From a virus: 64,000 nt of DNA. The stretch lies in IMG/VR virus record IMGVR_UViG_3300025840_000011; one strand, written 5' to 3'. Shown piece by piece: positions 1-8,769 of this stretch. Position 1 is the first letter of the stretch, and every line of letters begins with the position of its first letter. The translations under genes were made by a program, and so were the position numbers. The notes under the pieces are model-generated. The model ran no database searches and was not told the DNA's origin. It saw only the letters and a list, made by a program, of their open reading frames with translations.

Positions 1-1
1 T

Positions 2-325
2 GAAACGGTAATCAATTATGATGATGGATCGACATACACTCTATCCGAAGGCGAGAAAATTTACATCGCCAAACGTAAGTTGTTCACACAGAAAAACTAC
101 AATAACGGTAATGTGTATTTTACACTTCAGAAAGAACATACCAAGAGAGATTATGTTCCCGATCCAGACGGAACCGATGATATGGTAGTGGGTTCTCATG
201 AATGGTGCAAAGCATATGTACCGTGGCATGAAGGTCTAACTTTTGATATGATTGCGTGGCAACGTTTCTGTGACACCGATAATGATGGTGACTATGACGA
301 AGACGATGATCGTTGGAATGAGTAA
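2..325 (+). CDS. Hypothetical protein, 5'-truncated by the window edge; acidic DxDxDG-type C-terminus
   Basis: Frame is open from position 2 (ETVINYDDGSTY...) to TAA at 325; C-terminal DTDNDGDYDEDD. Confidence 0.7.
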   Translation, partial: ETVINYDDGSTYTLSEGEKIYIAKRKLFTQKNYNNGNVYFTLQKEHTKRDYVPDPDGTDDMVVGSHEWCKAYVPWHEGLTFDMIAWQRFCDTDNDGDYDEDDDRWNE

Positions 326-326
326 T

Positions 327-357
327 AAAAAGGGGACTTAACGTCCCCTCTTTTTTA
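327..357. terminator. Bidirectional intrinsic terminator
   Basis: AAAA-AGGGGAC-ttaac-GTCCCCT-CTTTTTT between convergent genes. Confidence 0.85.
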
Positions 358-375
358 ACCAACTGTTGGTTAAAT

Positions 376-1614
376 TTAACCAACTGTTAATTGTTGTTTC
401 TGATCTTGTAACAGTTTCAAACCAACTTCTTTGAATTCGAAACCAGACTTTTCAAAGAAGAACTCTATCATGTTACGGTCTGCAATATACTTTGGCGAAC
501 CGATCCATTGATCATGGTCAGAGATTTTTGGGTGATAGACGATACACACTGCCTTCGTGTATCCGTGTTCTTGGTGTGCCTCGAAAAAGTTAGACATGAA
601 GGTCTGAAGCGAACCACCAGAACCACTTGTGATAACTTCAACAAATGTCTTGCCGTCTTGGTAAGATGGAATGATCTCTTCGTAAAGTTTTTTCTTGTTG
701 GCACCCTCTCTCCACTTGATGTGCTTCTGGCCTAGCAAACTCAGTTCTTCGTTCTCGATTGCTTTCTTCGCCTTGTTGATAGCAGAGTTGATTTGACGTT
801 TGGTGATATTGAACTTCTCAAGTGCAAGGATCATTGCATCCGAATCAAGATCGATGTTGTGGTTATAGTAGAGACTCTGTGCAATCTTGGAGAAATCGTC
901 AGATTGGTTTACCTTTGGTTGAATCTTACCTTCCTGAACATTCAACATCATGCCCAAATATTCGATCTCTGAATCTGTCAGACCTTCCCACATTGACAGG
1001 GGAACACGAACTACCTCAAGAGTAACACCGTGTTTTGAGTCGTTGGTCGCACGGGTAGAGTGGTTACCACCAATACCAGCAGAACCATCAACACCAAAGT
1101 CTCGATCACCTTCTTCAAAATATCCTTCTAAAAGAACCGCCTGAAGTTTTAACTTCTCTGTGTTCCCGTGTTCCTCATCGATAGCGTTCTGGATATTCTG
1201 TTTGTGCGTCCAGTCATCTTCTGCACGTACTTGAATGAAGGTTGTCTTGACAACCTCAGACGCCATCTCCTGTTCACCCTTCATGTTCTTGATCTCTTCT
1301 GCGAGAGTCAGAACACGATCCATATCGAACTTCTTACTGGCGGGTGACCCGTTAGACTTATTAAAAAACATCACATTGGATTTTGCATTTGCTTCACTTA
1401 ACACTCTATATTCCTCATTTTGCATTGCACCCCAACTACCAGTACGTAGTATCTCGTAGTCAAAGTCATTATAACTCTCTCTCAAGAGTTGGTTAAATTC
1501 TTCACATTTGGAAGAATGGTTATACCCATCTGAGATCAGACCCTTATGGATGCCAACATACATACGTCCGGTTGGACGGTGCGTATATTGGTATAGGTAT
1601 GCTTCGTATTTCAT
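376..1614 (-). CDS. GIY-YIG (Seg-like) endonuclease domain fused to a large ParB/Srx-like C-terminal region
   Basis: N-terminal YLYQYT...GRMYVGIH...GYNHSS...EE...FFNKSNG; central QVR...IGGNHSTRA resembles the ParB GxHR motif. Confidence 0.65.
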   Translation of the reverse strand: MKYEAYLYQYTHRPTGRMYVGIHKGLISDGYNHSSKCEEFNQLLRESYNDFDYEILRTGSWGAMQNEEYRVLSEANAKSNVMFFNKSNGSPASKKFDMDRVLTLAEEIKNMKGEQEMASEVVKTTFIQVRAEDDWTHKQNIQNAIDEEHGNTEKLKLQAVLLEGYFEEGDRDFGVDGSAGIGGNHSTRATNDSKHGVTLEVVRVPLSMWEGLTDSEIEYLGMMLNVQEGKIQPKVNQSDDFSKIAQSLYYNHNIDLDSDAMILALEKFNITKRQINSAINKAKKAIENEELSLLGQKHIKWREGANKKKLYEEIIPSYQDGKTFVEVITSGSGGSLQTFMSNFFEAHQEHGYTKAVCIVYHPKISDHDQWIGSPKYIADRNMIEFFFEKSGFEFKEVGLKLLQDQKQQLTVG

Positions 1615-1620
1615 GTTTTA

Positions 1621-1649
1621 ATAATAACAAACTGGACACTATTTGTCAA
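1621..1649 (-). promoter_or_regulatory. Sigma70-type promoter for the GIY-YIG gene (predicted leaderless)
   Basis: Minus strand TTGACA-N17-TATTAT; ATG lies 7 nt after the -10. Confidence 0.7.
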
Positions 1650-2622
1650 GGGCTTTATCCATCTTTTTTGCGAATTCCTCGAAATACTGGTCTTCACTCA
1701 GAAGAACCTTGGAGTAGTTGTTGCGGTACTCTTCCAACTTGTTATCAAAGAAAGTAGGGTCTCGTAACTCTAGGATCTTTTCCTCAAGTTCCTCAAACGT
1801 CTGGACTCTCTGCCAAGGGTCTATGTTATACGTGTTGTCTATGTCATAGTCCTGCCACACAAAGGGGACGATACCAATAGACAACGCCTCTGGATATCGT
1901 GACGTAGTGGCGTGTGGGTCTAACCAGTTGAAACATAGAGTAGACCGTGCGGGTTCTAGTAGAGGATAGAGTTTTCTCCAGTCCTTGATCCACTTGGATT
2001 GTCTCTGCACACCCGAAGGGAATCCGCCGATCATGACGGTAGACAACTGAGACCTATAGATTTTACGGATGGTCTTCTCTCTATCGTTTCCATGTTTCAT
2101 CCTACCCCAATACCCAAAGTCCACAGACTTACCTTCGAACATCAAATCGGAGATGGGGTTCTTCAACCTCTGAATGAAGTGATACTTCATACCGTGAATA
2201 TTTCCACTGAAGTCTATCTCATCTATGGTCACAAACTTCTTGATGTTTGGCAGGAAACTGCGGTACAGTTCTTCGGTGTCTCCCCTGTCACTACGGAACA
2301 TCACTACAGTCTTGCCTTCGAAGTAGGGTGCAATCTTATCAATGTGAGACTGACTCTTCGCCAAGTCTTTGGGGTTCATCTGTAACTCACCGTGATACCG
2401 AAACTCACTGTCACTTGGTATGACAATAACATCTGCGGACTCAATGGTTTCGGGTGTACGTTTAGGGCGTGTCCCATCAAAGGAACAATTGTACGTATCG
2501 TAGTTGTGTTCGGGGTGCGCCTTCATCCACTTGACGTAGTTCTCGAAGAAACTGTCCAGTACGGTTTCGAGTGGTCCTTCATACTTAACAAAGGATCTCA
2601 GTCTTGCGATGGTAATGTTCAT
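1639..2622 (-). CDS. GT-B glycosyltransferase resembling T4 DNA beta-glucosyltransferase
   Basis: DFGYWGRMKHGNDRE and TSRYPEALSIGIVPFVWQDYD...RVQTFEELEEKILEL parallel the T4 BGT segments YGGSFRSGQRE and TLRVWETMAS...YVNNRAELIDRVNEL. Confidence 0.6.
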   Translation of the reverse strand: MNITIARLRSFVKYEGPLETVLDSFFENYVKWMKAHPEHNYDTYNCSFDGTRPKRTPETIESADVIVIPSDSEFRYHGELQMNPKDLAKSQSHIDKIAPYFEGKTVVMFRSDRGDTEELYRSFLPNIKKFVTIDEIDFSGNIHGMKYHFIQRLKNPISDLMFEGKSVDFGYWGRMKHGNDREKTIRKIYRSQLSTVMIGGFPSGVQRQSKWIKDWRKLYPLLEPARSTLCFNWLDPHATTSRYPEALSIGIVPFVWQDYDIDNTYNIDPWQRVQTFEELEEKILELRDPTFFDNKLEEYRNNYSKVLLSEDQYFEEFAKKMDKALDK

Positions 2623-3731
2623 CGTATAATATCAATCTCGTTCATGGTGTCCTGATTCCAGACCTCTAGTTCTGTACGGACACGATTTTCATTTTTCAAC
2701 TTGTCGTAACGTTTACTGGCGAGTTTCTTCCACCACGCGATCACGTTATCTAGTTCAAACCTATCAAAGTTTTCTGCCTTGATCAGGTTATCGGTCCTAC
2801 CCAATAGAACGTCCCGCACATTAGAGTAACCATACTCACCCATATAAAAACGTTTCTGTGTAGTCACATCACCCGCAGTCGATATCTTATCAACAAATTT
2901 GTTGTACGCCTCCGTGTCATGATGTTTCAGTGATGCCTTGACGATACTCACCATCTTGGTTTGCATCTTTAGTTTACGGGATGACGCACCCTTGTGCACT
3001 AACTCCTCACCACCGTTCTTCTCAGTAAACCAATCCCTCATCTCTGGATAGAAGTCATCCCCTAGAGTCAACAGGAACTTAGATTGTGTGTCGCCCTTGT
3101 ACCGTAGATAAGGACGCATACCATCATACATCGATGCACCCTTGAGGTTACCATACAACGAGGTGGTTTCAAAGAGACAGAACTCTGTATCATATTTGTC
3201 ATTCAACATTCTGCGACTATCATGGGAACAACAGATGGCGGCAAGTAACTTACCACCAAGATAGTTAAACCCAAAGGGTTGGGCGGGTACGATGTTGAAC
3301 CCCATGATTGCACGTTTGTTGAATATGTCAAGATCCGGTACACCCCCAAGATACTCGTTCCGTGGTTTGGAATTGATTAGAGGAGATCCAAACCGAATGA
3401 ACCCACATATGGTGTTGGTGGTTGTTTCTCTGACTACCATCTTTAATGTCTTGCCAGGCGACTCATCCGGAGAGAACGAGGCAGTCTTTTCAAGTAGGGT
3501 GTCAAACAACTCGTGTGGGATTTGTTGGATACGGAAGTCCATATCTTGGGGGTGCAAATCAAACTGTTGGAACAGGTCATCCTCAACGGACATGCCTGGC
3601 AACGGTGCGGGGATGTTCCTCACACGTTCGATCTTACGTGCACGGAAATAGTCATCGATACGTTCGAAGTCATCGAAGTAATCCATGAGTTTCCACGCTG
3701 CGTGAAATGCGTCTTTCTTTGATAAAATCAT
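2619..3731 (-). CDS. DUF4338 (DruA-like; GNAT/Mom-like fold suspected) protein
   Basis: SPGKTLK...GFIRFGSP...RN...IVPAQPFGFNYLGGKLLA...FETTSLYG...SMYDG; overlaps the glycosyltransferase start by 4 nt. Confidence 0.65.
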   Translation of the reverse strand: MILSKKDAFHAAWKLMDYFDDFERIDDYFRARKIERVRNIPAPLPGMSVEDDLFQQFDLHPQDMDFRIQQIPHELFDTLLEKTASFSPDESPGKTLKMVVRETTTNTICGFIRFGSPLINSKPRNEYLGGVPDLDIFNKRAIMGFNIVPAQPFGFNYLGGKLLAAICCSHDSRRMLNDKYDTEFCLFETTSLYGNLKGASMYDGMRPYLRYKGDTQSKFLLTLGDDFYPEMRDWFTEKNGGEELVHKGASSRKLKMQTKMVSIVKASLKHHDTEAYNKFVDKISTAGDVTTQKRFYMGEYGYSNVRDVLLGRTDNLIKAENFDRFELDNVIAWWKKLASKRYDKLKNENRVRTELEVWNQDTMNEIDIIR

Positions 3732-3753
3732 ATTGAACCTCTAATCATGTACC

Positions 3754-3782
3754 ATTATATAGCATCCAGACAAGTTTGTCAA
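3754..3782 (-). promoter_or_regulatory. Consensus sigma70 promoter driving the minus-strand operon
   Basis: Minus strand TTGACA-N17-TATAAT. Confidence 0.85.
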
Positions 3783-3785
3783 GTG

Positions 3786-3793
3786 TATAAATA
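3786..3793 (+). promoter_or_regulatory. T4-type late promoter
   Basis: TATAAATA just upstream of the gp3-like gene. Confidence 0.8.
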
Positions 3794-3815
3794 GAGGTGT
3801 ACATAGGAGTGACTC

Positions 3816-4337
3816 ATGGCGAAATCTACCTTAACCGCAAACAAAAACTTTTTACAACCCACAGGGTTTAGAGTAAGCATCGACAACACGTTGTTCGGTA
3901 ACGTGCAGTTCTTTGCACAATCCATATCACATCCGGGCGCTTCCACGAACGCAGTCGAGGTTGGTATACCTAGAGTTACTGGAATCCCATTTTCAGGATC
4001 TAAGATAACATATTCTGACCTTACTGTCAACCTTATTCTTGACGAAGACATGCAGTCCTACACAGAACTACAGAAGTGGATGGAGCGTCTGGTCAACGAG
4101 AAAGAGGTTAGGCCAGGCGATAGGTACAGAGGACAGGTCGAGAAGGATGAAACATATTCCGACATCACGGTTACCATCTTGACCAGTCAGAACAACTCAA
4201 ACTTGCGAATCAGATACAACGATGCGATCATCACTAATCTGGGCAGTTTTGAGTTGAACGCAAACGCAAACGATATTACTTACATTCAATTCCCCGCAAC
4301 CTTCCGGTTCAGGGACTTCGAGATCGTCAAACTATAA
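3816..4337 (+). CDS. gp3: Tail completion / tail-tube terminator protein, T4 gp3-like
   Basis: NFLQPTGFR...VQFFAQSISHPG...LILDEDMQSYTELQKWM...YSDITVTIL; lies before uvsY and after a late promoter. Confidence 0.8.
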   Translation: MAKSTLTANKNFLQPTGFRVSIDNTLFGNVQFFAQSISHPGASTNAVEVGIPRVTGIPFSGSKITYSDLTVNLILDEDMQSYTELQKWMERLVNEKEVRPGDRYRGQVEKDETYSDITVTILTSQNNSNLRIRYNDAIITNLGSFELNANANDITYIQFPATFRFRDFEIVKL

Positions 4338-4338
4338 C

Positions 4339-4367
4339 TTGACACAACACGACAAAACGGGTATAAT
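4339..4367 (+). promoter_or_regulatory. Consensus sigma70 promoter
   Basis: TTGACA-N17-TATAAT. Confidence 0.8.
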
Positions 4368-4370
4368 AAT

Positions 4371-4562
4371 ATGGAAATAAACCCAATAGAACCAGCGTCT
4401 ATGCCAATGAAGTCATGGTGGAACGAGGTACAGACACAAAAGGTTCAAAAGAAATTGGTAGAGGGTGGTACTGCAATGCAATACACCATCTATACATATA
4501 ACCGATATGGACAACTGATAGAGTCTGAGGTGAGGGTTCAACAACTTGATATGAGGGCATAG
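4371..4562 (+). CDS. Hypothetical protein
   Basis: 63-aa ORF abutting uvsY. Confidence 0.55.
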   Translation: MEINPIEPASMPMKSWWNEVQTQKVQKKLVEGGTAMQYTIYTYNRYGQLIESEVRVQQLDMRA

Positions 4563-5009
4563 ATGCTAGACCTTGATAATATTTTGAAAGAGTGGGCAGA
4601 AGACTGTAAGATCCCCCAACACCAACTAGATGAAACATCCCGTAACACACCTAGTCTACACGCAAAGTACTTGCAGTACCTATCTTTGACTAAATTGAAC
4701 CTGAAGAGGGCAGAACACTCTCAGAAGGATCTACTCAAAGACAAGTGGTTGTACTACAACGGTAAGATGGATGAGGAAACTCTTCAGTCTAAGAACTGGC
4801 ATCCGGACCCCTTTGACGGATTGAAGATTATGAAAGGTGACATGAACTATTACTATGACTCCGATCCTGAGATTCAGAAGTCCGAAGAAAAAATCGTTTA
4901 CCTTAAAACGATTATAGATACTCTGGTCGAGATAGTCGATAGTCTGAAGTGGAGACACCAGACCGTGAAGAACATTATTGAGTGGAGAAAGTTCGATGCC
5001 GGAGGTTAA
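4563..5009 (+). CDS. uvsY: Recombination mediator UvsY
   Basis: LDETSRNTPSLHAKYL...KWLYYNGK...DSDPEI...IKNIIEWRKF-type C-terminus; synteny. Confidence 0.9.
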   Translation: MLDLDNILKEWAEDCKIPQHQLDETSRNTPSLHAKYLQYLSLTKLNLKRAEHSQKDLLKDKWLYYNGKMDEETLQSKNWHPDPFDGLKIMKGDMNYYYDSDPEIQKSEEKIVYLKTIIDTLVEIVDSLKWRHQTVKNIIEWRKFDAGG

Positions 5010-5011
5010 TC

Positions 5012-5161
5012 GTGGCGAAGAATTCTAACGTCATTACCAAGAAGGTTATTAATGACGTACACCGCAAGGGTACGTCTATTGGTAATGGTAAAGTCAAGCG
5101 CAGTTCCATGAACAAGGATAAGAAACGTTCCTTCAAGAAGTATCGCGGTCAAGGACGATAG
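5012..5161 (+). CDS. Small basic protein (49 aa; ends KKYRGQGR), not in the ORF track
   Basis: GTG start after GGAGG; MAKNSNVITKKVINDVHRKGTSIGNGKVKRSSMNKDKKRSFKKYRGQGR fills the uvsY-uvsW gap. Confidence 0.7.
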   Translation: MAKNSNVITKKVINDVHRKGTSIGNGKVKRSSMNKDKKRSFKKYRGQGR

Positions 5162-5164
5162 TTC

Positions 5165-6643
5165 ATGGAAAGTACCATTCGTATTCGGATGTTAGATCAT
5201 TCGAGAATGGCGGTTGAGTCTAACCCCGCACAACAACAGGAACTAAGAGATTACTTCTCTTTCTTCGTTCCGGGCTATCGGTTCATGCCTGCATTTAAAC
5301 GCAAGGTGTGGGACGGTAAGGTGCGTCTATATAATCAAGTAAAACGAGAGATACATGTTGGTCTGTATCACCAACTCCGCAAATTTTGTGCAGACCGCAT
5401 GTACCCTCTCCAGATCGTAGAGAATAAAAAATACGGCATTCCCAATGCCAAGAATAAGATTGATCATCAAGGACTAGTCAAGTTTCTTGGGTCATTACAA
5501 ACCCCGTTCGAGCCCCGTGACTATCAGTACGATGCGATAACACACGCCATCGAAAACAAGCGGGCCATTCTTCTATCCCCCACAGGTTCGGGTAAGTCGT
5601 TCATCATCTATAATACGATGAGGTGGTTCCTTGACAATCACGAAGGCAAGGTTCTTATTGTTGTACCAACAACGTCTCTGGTAGAACAGATGCATCAGGA
5701 CTTTGCGGACTATGGTTATGAGTCAGATTTGATTCATAAAATATACAGTGGTAAAGATAAAGAAACAAATAAACGTATTATCATCTCAACATGGCAGTCT
5801 ATCTACAAGTTGGGTTCAGAATGGTTCGAACAGTTTCCTTGTATATTCGGAGATGAAGTCCATTTATTCAAGGCAAAATCCTTATCCACTCTCATGGACA
5901 AGTGCAGAAATGCGGAGTATCGTTTTGGGACAACAGGTACACTGGATGGTACTGAGACTAATAAGTTGGTACTAGAAGGATTGTTTGGTCCGGTCTTCAA
6001 GGTCACCACTACAGTACAGTTACAGGAAGACAACACACTTGCAGACCTAGACATCAAGGTCATACTCATGCGTTATCACAACGATGAGTGCCATAAGATG
6101 AAGGGTAAAACCTATCAGGAAGAAATTGAATATATAGTAACGAACGAGAAAAGAAATAAGTTCATCACGAAGTTGTCCCTTGATCAAGAGGGGAACACTC
6201 TGGTACTATTTCAATTCGTTGAAAAACATGGAAAGGTTTTGTATGACCTTATCCGTGACTCTGCCGACGAGAACCGAAAAGTATTCTATGTGTCCGGTGA
6301 AGTGGCAGCCAATGACCGTGAACAGATCCGTGGGATCGTCGAGAAACAGAAAGATGCAATCATCGTGGCAAGCCTTGGAACTTTTTCTACTGGGATTAAT
6401 ATTCGGAATCTGCATAATATTGTATTCGCTTCTCCAAGTAAATCTCAGATTAAGGTTCTTCAATCTATCGGAAGAGGGTTACGAAAAAGTGACAATGGGG
6501 TTGCTACTAAGCTTTATGATCTATCAGATGATCTACATTGTAGAGGCTACAAGAACTTTACTCTAAAACATTCCGCCGAAAGAATAAAGATATATACTAG
6601 AGAAGGGTTTAAATACAAAGTGTACCCGATTAGTTTGAGATGA
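5165..6643 (+). CDS. uvsW: SF2 DNA helicase UvsW
   Basis: SPTGSGKS Walker A, GDEVH, GTTGT, QSIGRGLR. Confidence 0.95.
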   Translation: MESTIRIRMLDHSRMAVESNPAQQQELRDYFSFFVPGYRFMPAFKRKVWDGKVRLYNQVKREIHVGLYHQLRKFCADRMYPLQIVENKKYGIPNAKNKIDHQGLVKFLGSLQTPFEPRDYQYDAITHAIENKRAILLSPTGSGKSFIIYNTMRWFLDNHEGKVLIVVPTTSLVEQMHQDFADYGYESDLIHKIYSGKDKETNKRIIISTWQSIYKLGSEWFEQFPCIFGDEVHLFKAKSLSTLMDKCRNAEYRFGTTGTLDGTETNKLVLEGLFGPVFKVTTTVQLQEDNTLADLDIKVILMRYHNDECHKMKGKTYQEEIEYIVTNEKRNKFITKLSLDQEGNTLVLFQFVEKHGKVLYDLIRDSADENRKVFYVSGEVAANDREQIRGIVEKQKDAIIVASLGTFSTGINIRNLHNIVFASPSKSQIKVLQSIGRGLRKSDNGVATKLYDLSDDLHCRGYKNFTLKHSAERIKIYTREGFKYKVYPISLR

Positions 6644-7017
6644 GAACAATGATAAGACAAGTAAAGTTGGTTTCTGGAGAGGAACTTGTTTGCGAGGTAC
6701 TTCATGATTCGGTGGATGAACAGTCCGACGAAATTATAATTCGTCACGCCTTAAAAATCGTGTCTAAAATTCATAATGGTTACAAGTATTACACCTTCAA
6801 ACCATTCATGGTTTTTTCCGATACTAAGGACTCTCTGACTATGTTGCGAGACGGTGCGATCATCTCGTACACAATTCCTCATGATACCCTTATCGCGGAA
6901 TACAGAGAAGCCTTGTCTCAGATTAACGACGAGGTAGAAGAGGATCTTTCGATGCCGAAGTTTTCGGGAGACTCAGACTCTAATGTTGTCGCATTCAAAA
7001 AACCTACCCATCACTAG
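6640..7017 (+). CDS. Conserved T4-like hypothetical protein downstream of uvsW
   Basis: VKLVSGEELVCEV N-terminus, acidic tail ending NVVAFKKPTHH; 4-nt overlap with uvsW. Confidence 0.7.
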   Translation: MRTMIRQVKLVSGEELVCEVLHDSVDEQSDEIIIRHALKIVSKIHNGYKYYTFKPFMVFSDTKDSLTMLRDGAIISYTIPHDTLIAEYREALSQINDEVEEDLSMPKFSGDSDSNVVAFKKPTHH

Positions 7018-7068
7018 GGTATATTCCCCCCGCACTTAGTGGCTTTAGTTTAACATGAGATACGTGAT

Positions 7069-7533
7069 TTGTCAAGAAGAATTATCAGAAATTTTATAAA
7101 AGAGGAAGACCTACCCGAAGTACTCGACTTCGCAAACTCTCTCCCTTACTATAGAGATCGTGATCTGCCTGGCGAAGCGGGTGAGGCGGTGCGTCAAGGT
7201 GTTTTTAAGTTTACGGGAAAACGGACAGAAAGCGTCCATACAATATGTGACATAGGAACGGACATATATAACGCAACGGGATTAAGACCAACACGTCTCT
7301 ACTTCCACTGGCATGATGCGGATCCTGAGTGGACACCGAAAATCCACGCAGACCTGTCAATGAGTGGAGTGATCTACCTTATAGGTGGTGAAGGATGTGG
7401 TACGGAAATCGATGGTGTGGTTGAAGAGTTCGAAGTTGGAAAGTTGGTTATGTACGATGGCAGAACCCCACATAGACCTCAAGGGTTTCCCGTCGATAGG
7501 TTGGTAATTACATTTTTTATAGGTGAAGAATAA
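7069..7533 (+). CDS. 2OG-Fe(II) oxygenase-like protein
   Basis: HxD (IHAD), SGVIYL, distal H (TPHRP), RLVITFF. Confidence 0.7.
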   Translation: MSRRIIRNFIKEEDLPEVLDFANSLPYYRDRDLPGEAGEAVRQGVFKFTGKRTESVHTICDIGTDIYNATGLRPTRLYFHWHDADPEWTPKIHADLSMSGVIYLIGGEGCGTEIDGVVEEFEVGKLVMYDGRTPHRPQGFPVDRLVITFFIGEE

Positions 7534-7976
7534 TGACAGTTGGATTTACTGCATCGACATTTGATCTCTTACATGCGGGTCACGTCTCCATGTTGAGAGA
7601 GGCGAAGGAACAGTGTGACTACTTGATCTGTGGTCTACAGGTTGATCCCTCTTTGGATAGACCTGAGAAGAACAAACCCGTTCAGACCTTGGTCGAGAGG
7701 TACACGCAACTGGCGGGTATCAAGTACGTCGATGAGATCATTCCCTACCAGACCGAAGAAGACCTTGAAGACATTCTTAAGATGGTCAACATCGATCTCC
7801 GCATCATAGGATCGGAGTACAAAGACAAGACCTTCACAGGAAGAGCCACGTGCGCCGCGCGAGGGATTGAAATCTATTTTAACAAGAGGGACCATAGGTT
7901 CTCCACTAGTGACTTAAGAAGAAGAGTCAGTGCGAGCGAATATGGTCTTGACAACCCACCCCTTGATGTAATATAA
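7533..7976 (+). CDS. tagD: Glycerol-3-phosphate cytidylyltransferase-like (TagD family)
   Basis: FTASTFDLLHAGH (HxGH), ERY..L...KYVDEI, RDHRFSTSDLR. Confidence 0.85.
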   Translation: MTVGFTASTFDLLHAGHVSMLREAKEQCDYLICGLQVDPSLDRPEKNKPVQTLVERYTQLAGIKYVDEIIPYQTEEDLEDILKMVNIDLRIIGSEYKDKTFTGRATCAARGIEIYFNKRDHRFSTSDLRRRVSASEYGLDNPPLDVI

Positions 7977-7977
7977 T
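7948..7977 (+). promoter_or_regulatory. Sigma70 promoter for gp55
   Basis: TTGACA-N18-TATAAT. Confidence 0.7.
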
Positions 7978-8003
7978 ACGTTAAATTGAATTAGGAGTAT
8001 TTA

Positions 8004-8606
8004 ATGGCAACCGCAAAAGTGAAACCCAAGGAAAGACCGCATTACGTGAACAACAAAGAGTTCTCTGCGGCAGTAGTCGAGTACTGTAAGGAGGTTGGAG
8101 TATGTAGGGAGAAGGGAGAAAAAGTTCCAATCGTTCCCAACTACATCGCTTCTTGTTTCCTGAAGATTGCGGAGGGGTTGTCACATAAGTCTAACTTCGT
8201 CCGTTACACCTATCGGGAAGAGATGGTTATGGACGCTGTGGAGAACTGTCTCAAGGCGATTGAGAACTACAACATTGAGACCGCAACTCGTACAGGTAAC
8301 CCGAACGCATTCGCATACTTCACACAGATTTCTTGGTATGCGTTTCTTCGTCGTATTGCACGTGAGAAGAAACAACAGGACATCAAACTAAAGTACATCT
8401 CCGAAGCGGGTGTCGAACAGTTCCTTGATCAACAGGAAGGTGACCCCGAATGGCAACACGTTGTACCTTTTATCGATGTGTTGCGTAATCGAATCGACGC
8501 CGTGAAGGAGTCGGATGCGGAGTTCAAAGAGTACGTTGAAGAAGAGAAGAAACGTAAGAGACGGACTGTCAAGGTCGATTCAGACCTGTCGGATTTCCTT
8601 GTATAA
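8004..8606 (+). CDS. gp55: Late-transcription sigma factor gp55
   Basis: HYVNNKEF...FLKIAEGLSHKSNF..YTYREEMVMDAVENC...NAFAYFTQI..YAFLRRI..EKKQ. Confidence 0.95.
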   Translation: MATAKVKPKERPHYVNNKEFSAAVVEYCKEVGVCREKGEKVPIVPNYIASCFLKIAEGLSHKSNFVRYTYREEMVMDAVENCLKAIENYNIETATRTGNPNAFAYFTQISWYAFLRRIAREKKQQDIKLKYISEAGVEQFLDQQEGDPEWQHVVPFIDVLRNRIDAVKESDAEFKEYVEEEKKRKRRTVKVDSDLSDFLV

Positions 8607-8611
8607 AACAC

Positions 8612-8640
8612 TTGACATCCTTTGCATATTCTGGTAATAT
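8612..8640 (+). promoter_or_regulatory. Sigma70-like promoter
   Basis: TTGACA-N17-TAATAT with TG extension. Confidence 0.6.
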
Positions 8641-8649
8641 AGGTTAATT

Positions 8650-8769
8650 ATGTGGACATATGAATGTAGCGCAGGGACATACAGAGAAGAGTCCCTGCAC
8701 AAATTACTGTGGATAATTTTTAAACATCGTCTTCATCATCTAGTGGAAGACGGGAGGTTCTCTGATTAG
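8650..8769 (+). CDS. Small hypothetical protein (39 aa)
   Basis: MWTYECSAGTYREESLHKLLWIIFKHRLHHLVEDGRFSD; stop overlaps the gp47 GTG start. Confidence 0.5.
   Translation: MWTYECSAGTYREESLHKLLWIIFKHRLHHLVEDGRFSD

Noticed and set aside
2619-3731. Druantia anti-phage system, suggested by the DruA-like domain
   Set aside because: No DruE helicase or other Dru genes; the context is a lytic phage operon with a glycosyltransferase
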